From Bacteroidota bacterium (GTDB taxonomy: Bacteria; Bacteroidota; Ignavibacteria; UBA10030; UBA8401), in the NCBI GenBank assembly GCA_021796275.1, contig JAJYOI010000003.1, positions 1,532 through 65,531 of the forward strand: 64,000 bases of DNA. Reading direction: 5' to 3'. The notes under the pieces are model-generated. The model saw only the letters and a program-made list of their open reading frames with translations. It searched no databases and was not told the DNA's origin. Below, piece after piece: positions 59,865 through 64,000 of this stretch. Numbering within the stretch: the stretch's first letter is position 1; every line of letters starts with the position of its first letter. The translations under genes and the position numbers were made by a program.

Positions 59865-60608
59865 ATGAATGCCATTCAGGACAAAAAAATAATTTTGCTT
59901 TTCATGTGCGGTTTCTTATTTGCTTTGTCTGCTTTCACCGGGTGCGCGGAACAATCGGTCACGTACGCCGAGCCACTGCACTGTCCCGACTTTCCTGTTA
60001 TTCACAGCGGCGAAGCAACATTCTATTTTCCCAGAACTGGTCCTGACAGTACCGGAAGCTGCGGTTTTGTTTTGTCGCCTGCCGATACGCTTGTCGGTGC
60101 GATGAATCTTGTTGATTATGAAAATTCGAAAATGTGCGGCTCATGTGTTGGTGTAACCGGTCCGAAAGGCACTGTCGTTGTGAAAATTGTTGACCTCTGT
60201 CCCGAATGCCCGAAAGGAAATATTGATTTGAGTCCGCAGGCGTTTGCACAAATTGCCGACACCATTCTCGGCAGAGTTCCGATTCAATGGCAGTTGCTTG
60301 CGTGCGACGTGAACGGACCGATTGTTTACCACTTTAAAAGCGGAAGCAGTCAATGGTGGACAGCCGTGCAGATTCGCAACCATCGTTACCCGATCTTCAG
60401 CCTTGAATATTTATCGCCTCAGCATAGCTATCAGGATATGAGCCGCACAAATTATAATTACTTTGTTGTAAACGGCGGCATTGGGCCGGGACCGTACACG
60501 TTTCGCGTAACGGATATTTACGGTCACGAACTTGTTGACAGCGCCATTGTGTTTGACACGACGAATGATATCCCCGGACATGGACAATTTCCATTATGCG
60601 GCTATTAA
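59865..60608 (+). CDS. Bacterial expansin (EXLX1/YoaJ family: DPBB domain + CBM63), lipoprotein
   Basis: SSQWWTAVQIRNHRYPI, TDIYGHELVD and IPGHGQFP closely mirror B. subtilis EXLX1 SSRWWAAIQVRNHKYPV / TDIRGKVVKD / VPGHVQFP. Lipobox FTGC. Confidence 0.85.
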   Translation: MNAIQDKKIILLFMCGFLFALSAFTGCAEQSVTYAEPLHCPDFPVIHSGEATFYFPRTGPDSTGSCGFVLSPADTLVGAMNLVDYENSKMCGSCVGVTGPKGTVVVKIVDLCPECPKGNIDLSPQAFAQIADTILGRVPIQWQLLACDVNGPIVYHFKSGSSQWWTAVQIRNHRYPIFSLEYLSPQHSYQDMSRTNYNYFVVNGGIGPGPYTFRVTDIYGHELVDSAIVFDTTNDIPGHGQFPLCGY

Positions 60609-60688
60609 GCAAATTTTCTTGACTTTGCCATCCTCGCTTCACAAATTAATTTCAATAATATCATCCTTTGAACGATTGAGGAAAAAGA

Positions 60689-61180
60689 ATGAACAAAGAA
60701 ACCGCCCCGCTTTCAGAAGACATCACCATTCGCACCGCAACACCCGCCGACATAAAAATACTCATGCATCATCGGCGAAGAATGTTTTTTGAAATGGGAT
60801 ACACCGATGAAGCGGTACTTTCGGCAATGGCGGCTGCATCTGAACCGTTCTTTCTGAATGGACTTGCCAACGGATCCTTTCATGCATGGCTGGCGGAAAA
60901 TGCATCACATCAGGCCATCGCGGGCGGTGGCGTGATCGTTTTTGACTACCCGCCGAGTGCGAGAGATTCGTCTCTACAACGTCCGATCATTGTCAACGTG
61001 TACACTGAACCGGGGTATCGGCGGAGAGGCATTGCTCGAAAGCTGATGGAGCTGATGATCAAATGGTGCCGCACACAAAATTTCGGCTCGATCATGCTTC
61101 ATGCAAGCGATGAAGGAAGACTCTTGTACGAATCGCTGGGATTTCAGCAAACGAACGAAATGCGGTTGATGCTGCAATAA
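60689..61180 (+). CDS. GNAT-family N-acetyltransferase
   Basis: 163 aa. RRRGIARKLM acetyl-CoA binding motif. Confidence 0.8.
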   Translation: MNKETAPLSEDITIRTATPADIKILMHHRRRMFFEMGYTDEAVLSAMAAASEPFFLNGLANGSFHAWLAENASHQAIAGGGVIVFDYPPSARDSSLQRPIIVNVYTEPGYRRRGIARKLMELMIKWCRTQNFGSIMLHASDEGRLLYESLGFQQTNEMRLMLQ

Positions 61181-61194
61181 AGAAAAAGGCCGTC

Positions 61195-62046
61195 TTACTG
61201 CGCCGCAGGCGCATTCGGCGTCGATTGTGCAAGATTCACCTTCAGCCAAAAATCAATCGGCTTCGGTCTTTCTACAGCTGAACGATCACCGCCTCTTTCA
61301 CCTCTTCTGCCACCAAACCCGCCCTCACGTCCTCCGAACTCTCCCCTGCCGCCTTCACCTCCTTCTCTGAATCCACCTTCGGGTCTTTGACGCGATTCAA
61401 ATTTCCCTCCTTCAAAACCGACGCCGATTGCTTTTCCCGTTGCGTTGATCGCGTACGGAGTTTCCTCCGAAGTGTGAAGCGGTACTTTCATTTCATAAAC
61501 AAGATAGTCCTGATAGTTTTTGATGTACAACTCAATCCCTTTCGCCTCAACCGGCGTAAGTTGAATCGAACCGCTTTTCCTTTTATCAATAATCTCAAGC
61601 TGGCTTTCCATTTCTTGTATCATCTTTTCTCGTTCTTCAGTACTTCCTTCTTGACCTTCTTGCGGCGACTGAAATTCTCCACGTCCCGCCCGCCCTAACG
61701 GAAAATGAATCCCAAATGTTTTATCGTCGCTGCCAACCGGATCAAACCAGACGGTGAATCCTAAACCGAAAAACTGGAACGATTGCTGACGCGATGTCGT
61801 CTTGAAAATGACATACACATTACTGCTGTCGTTGCGAACACCGACGCTGACTTCATCATCGGGAAGATAAGCAATTCCTCCGTTCCAATCGTTTTCTTTT
61901 CCGTCAACAACTATTTCATGATTATCCCACGTGCTTCGCAGGAGCGTAGTGGTGGAACAGCCCGAGAAATAAAAAAGAGCAGAAAAGAAGAAGTTAAAGA
62001 AGATGAGAGAGCGCATACAAATACCTTTGATGTTAAAATATGGCAA
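61195..62046 (-). CDS. Hypothetical secreted protein with Gly/Arg/Glu-rich low-complexity C-terminus
   Basis: 283 aa. Signal peptide. GGFREGGEGGRGEFGGREGGFGGRRGERGG tail. Confidence 0.3.
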   Translation of the reverse strand: MPYFNIKGICMRSLIFFNFFFSALFYFSGCSTTTLLRSTWDNHEIVVDGKENDWNGGIAYLPDDEVSVGVRNDSSNVYVIFKTTSRQQSFQFFGLGFTVWFDPVGSDDKTFGIHFPLGRAGRGEFQSPQEGQEGSTEEREKMIQEMESQLEIIDKRKSGSIQLTPVEAKGIELYIKNYQDYLVYEMKVPLHTSEETPYAINATGKAIGVGFEGGKFESRQRPEGGFREGGEGGRGEFGGREGGFGGRRGERGGDRSAVERPKPIDFWLKVNLAQSTPNAPAAQ

Positions 62047-62161
62047 TAGAATGTTCTTTTGATGATGCGGCGCGAAAAAAGTTTAATGGAGTTGAGTTAT
62101 GTTCAGATTTTTGGTAGAATAGAGGCAGCCTAATTCAGTGAATTCAACAAAAGGAGTTTTT

Positions 62162-63712
62162 ATGTCACAGCGCGTACGGTTATTGTTGTTCGTTTTTCAA
62201 CTCGTTGTCTTTTTTTCTTTTCCATCATTTTCAACGGCGAAATCGAAAACAGAATCTGCTGAAGACAGCTCCGGCACTGGAGTTCTTGAGGTACCACCGG
62301 TTGTCACACATCATCAGATGATGGTTGACGGAAAACCGCTGAAGTACACCGCAACCGCCGGCTATATGGTAATGAAAGATGAAAACGGAAAAGCGAAAGC
62401 AAAAATTTTCTTCATCGCATACACAAAAGATGGTGTAACCGATCCGTCCACGCGCCCGATTTGTTTTACGTTCAACGGCGGGCCGGGATCGTCTTCTGTA
62501 TGGCTTCATCTCGGCGCGCTCGGACCCAAGCGCGTATTGTTGAAAGATGACGGTGAGCCACTTCCACCTCCATACAAGCTTGTGGATAATGAATACACAT
62601 GGCTTGACCGCACCGATCTGGTTTTCATTGATCCGGTTGAAACAGGGTACAGTCGTCCTGCTCCCGGCGAAGACAAAAAACAATTCACCGGATACAATGA
62701 GGACATTCATTCTGTCGGCGAATTTATCCGCTTGTACACAACGCGCTATGAGCGATGGGCTTCGCCGAAATTTCTTGCCGGAGAAAGCTACGGCACAACG
62801 CGCGCTGCCGGACTTTCCGGATATTTGGAAGACCGCTACGGATTGTATCTCAATGGTATTTGTTTGGTCTCGGCAATTCTGAATTTTGAAACGGCGGAAT
62901 TTGCTACCGGCAACGATCTGCCGTATGTATTGTTTCTCCCTTCATATACAGCAACGGCATGGTACCATAAAAAACTTTCTTCCGATTTGGAGCAAAATAT
63001 GAAAAAGGCGCTCGACGAGTCGAAACAGTTTGCACTCGGAGAGTACGCTTCTGCGCTAATGCAGGGAGACCAGCTTCCGAAGGAAGAAGAGCAGAAAATT
63101 GTGCAAGAGCTTTCACGCCTTACCGGGCTTTCGCCGCAGTACATTGAAGAAACGAATCTTCGCATTCATATTTTCCGTTTCTGCAAAGAACTGGAGCGAA
63201 GTGAGCGCAAAACAGTCGGCAGGTACGACAGCCGCTTTGAAGGAATTGACCGCGATGCCGCCGGTGATACACCCGATTATGATCCGAGTTATGATGCCGG
63301 TGTGCTGGCACCGTTCACTGCAACGATCAATGATTATCTTCGAAGAGATCTCGGATACAAAAATGATATTCCGTATGAAATTCTGACGGGGCGGGTGCAG
63401 CCGTGGAATTTCAATAACGTGCAGAACGAATATCTGAACGTTGCCGAAACTTTGCGGGACGCGATGACCAAAAACAAGTATATGAAGGTCTGGATTGCGA
63501 ACGGTTACTTCGATCTTGCAACGCCGTTTCTTGCAACGCAGTACACCATCAACACAATGCAGCTTGCCCCGTCGGTCCGAAAAAATATTACGTTGACTTA
63601 TTATGAATCGGGGCATATGGTGTACATTAACAAACCGTCGCTTGAGCAGTTGAAGAAAGATTTCGTGACATTTTTAGATTCCGCATTGCCGGCGCACGAT
63701 GAAACAAAATGA
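62162..63712 (+). CDS. Peptidase S10 family serine carboxypeptidase, secreted
   Basis: FTFNGGPGSSS and GESYG motifs. Start at ATG 62162 with AAAGGAG RBS (ORF-track start 62138 is the alternative). Confidence 0.75.
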   Translation: MSQRVRLLLFVFQLVVFFSFPSFSTAKSKTESAEDSSGTGVLEVPPVVTHHQMMVDGKPLKYTATAGYMVMKDENGKAKAKIFFIAYTKDGVTDPSTRPICFTFNGGPGSSSVWLHLGALGPKRVLLKDDGEPLPPPYKLVDNEYTWLDRTDLVFIDPVETGYSRPAPGEDKKQFTGYNEDIHSVGEFIRLYTTRYERWASPKFLAGESYGTTRAAGLSGYLEDRYGLYLNGICLVSAILNFETAEFATGNDLPYVLFLPSYTATAWYHKKLSSDLEQNMKKALDESKQFALGEYASALMQGDQLPKEEEQKIVQELSRLTGLSPQYIEETNLRIHIFRFCKELERSERKTVGRYDSRFEGIDRDAAGDTPDYDPSYDAGVLAPFTATINDYLRRDLGYKNDIPYEILTGRVQPWNFNNVQNEYLNVAETLRDAMTKNKYMKVWIANGYFDLATPFLATQYTINTMQLAPSVRKNITLTYYESGHMVYINKPSLEQLKKDFVTFLDSALPAHDETK

Positions 63713-63717
63713 TAGTC

Positions 63718-63745
63718 ATTCCCGCGAAAGCGGGAGTTCATTTTT
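63718..63745 (+). terminator. Rho-independent terminator after the S10 peptidase gene
   Basis: TTCCCGC gaaa GCGGGAG hairpin followed by TTCATTTTT. Confidence 0.6.
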
Positions 63746-63849
63746 AAAACTGGATTATCAATAATTAGATTCCCGACAAAGCATTCAGGAATGACGTTCA
63801 ACTTTTTTGGATAACTTTAGTTACGAAAAAAACATTTTTGAGGTAAAGC

Positions 63850-64000
63850 ATGTTTAGGTTCCGACAATTTCTGTTTACAATCTTTTTTTTGGCAATTCTC
63901 TTCGTTTCTGCAATCGCGCAAGAATTTAATCCGAATTTGTATCAGAATATGCAATGGCGAATGATTGGTCCGTTTCGTGGAGGAAGAACGGCCAGTGCGG
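63850..64000 (+). CDS. N-terminus of a secreted protein (partial; runs off the window end)
   Basis: MFRFRQFLFTIFFLAILFVSAIAQ signal peptide, then …WRMIGPFRGGRTASA. Confidence 0.4.
   Translation, partial: MFRFRQFLFTIFFLAILFVSAIAQEFNPNLYQNMQWRMIGPFRGGRTASA

Overview
This 64-kb window looks like a Gram-negative FCB-group (Ignavibacteria/Bacteroidota-like) chromosome, about 50% GC by eye.

The evidence for that placement is lipid A and heptosyltransferase genes, TonB-dependent and PorV-like outer-membrane proteins, and several secreted proteins ending in type IX secretion (T9SS) C-terminal sorting domains. Gene density is high, and many neighbouring genes share ATGA start/stop overlaps.

Housekeeping genes:
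- partial GT9 heptosyltransferase, then an LpxL-family acyltransferase
- a sugar ABC importer: a binding protein and two permeases
- a PorU-like/PorV-like T9SS gene pair next to a TonB-dependent receptor
- trxA, dnaE, an aldehyde dehydrogenase, proS and a tRNA-Arg(CCT)
- a PAS-domain sensor histidine kinase, a bacterial expansin (EXLX1 family), a GNAT acetyltransferase and an S10 serine carboxypeptidase

Strongest candidate for a novel system (32.6-40.6 kb):
- The locus carries a six-gene membrane-complex operon laid out like E. coli hydrogenase-4, in the order hyfB-hyfC-hyfE-hyfF-hyfG-(hyfH fragment)-hyfI.
- The NuoCD/HycE-like large subunit has lost both [NiFe]-ligating cysteine pairs, while the NuoB/HycG-like small subunit keeps its Fe-S ligands and carries an N-terminal single-cluster ferredoxin-like extension.
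- This matches an energy-converting hydrogenase-related (Ehr) complex, not a true hydrogenase.
- It is translationally coupled to an unusual regulator that fuses a helix-turn-helix (HTH) domain to a PTS EIIA(Ntr) domain, with tandem direct repeats just upstream.

Second region of interest (49.6-55.2 kb):
- This region reads as a degenerate accessory island: a tyrosine-recombinase C-terminal remnant, about 12 tandem iteron-like 20/21-bp repeats, and several secreted or unknown proteins.
- It also contains two ORF-poor stretches of about 0.75 and 1.3 kb, dense with nested palindromes.
- These may be MITE- or REP-like elements or small RNAs.
- Small hairpin families and a 68-bp repeat recur elsewhere in the window.

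Other notes:
- A DUF1800/DUF1501 gene pair, in which the DUF1501 protein carries both a Tat signal and a T9SS C-terminal domain, and a two-gene cassette of unknown function (19.8-21.3 kb).

All functional calls are based on reading the translations and recalling family motifs. No database search was possible, so family assignments still need HMM or BLAST confirmation.
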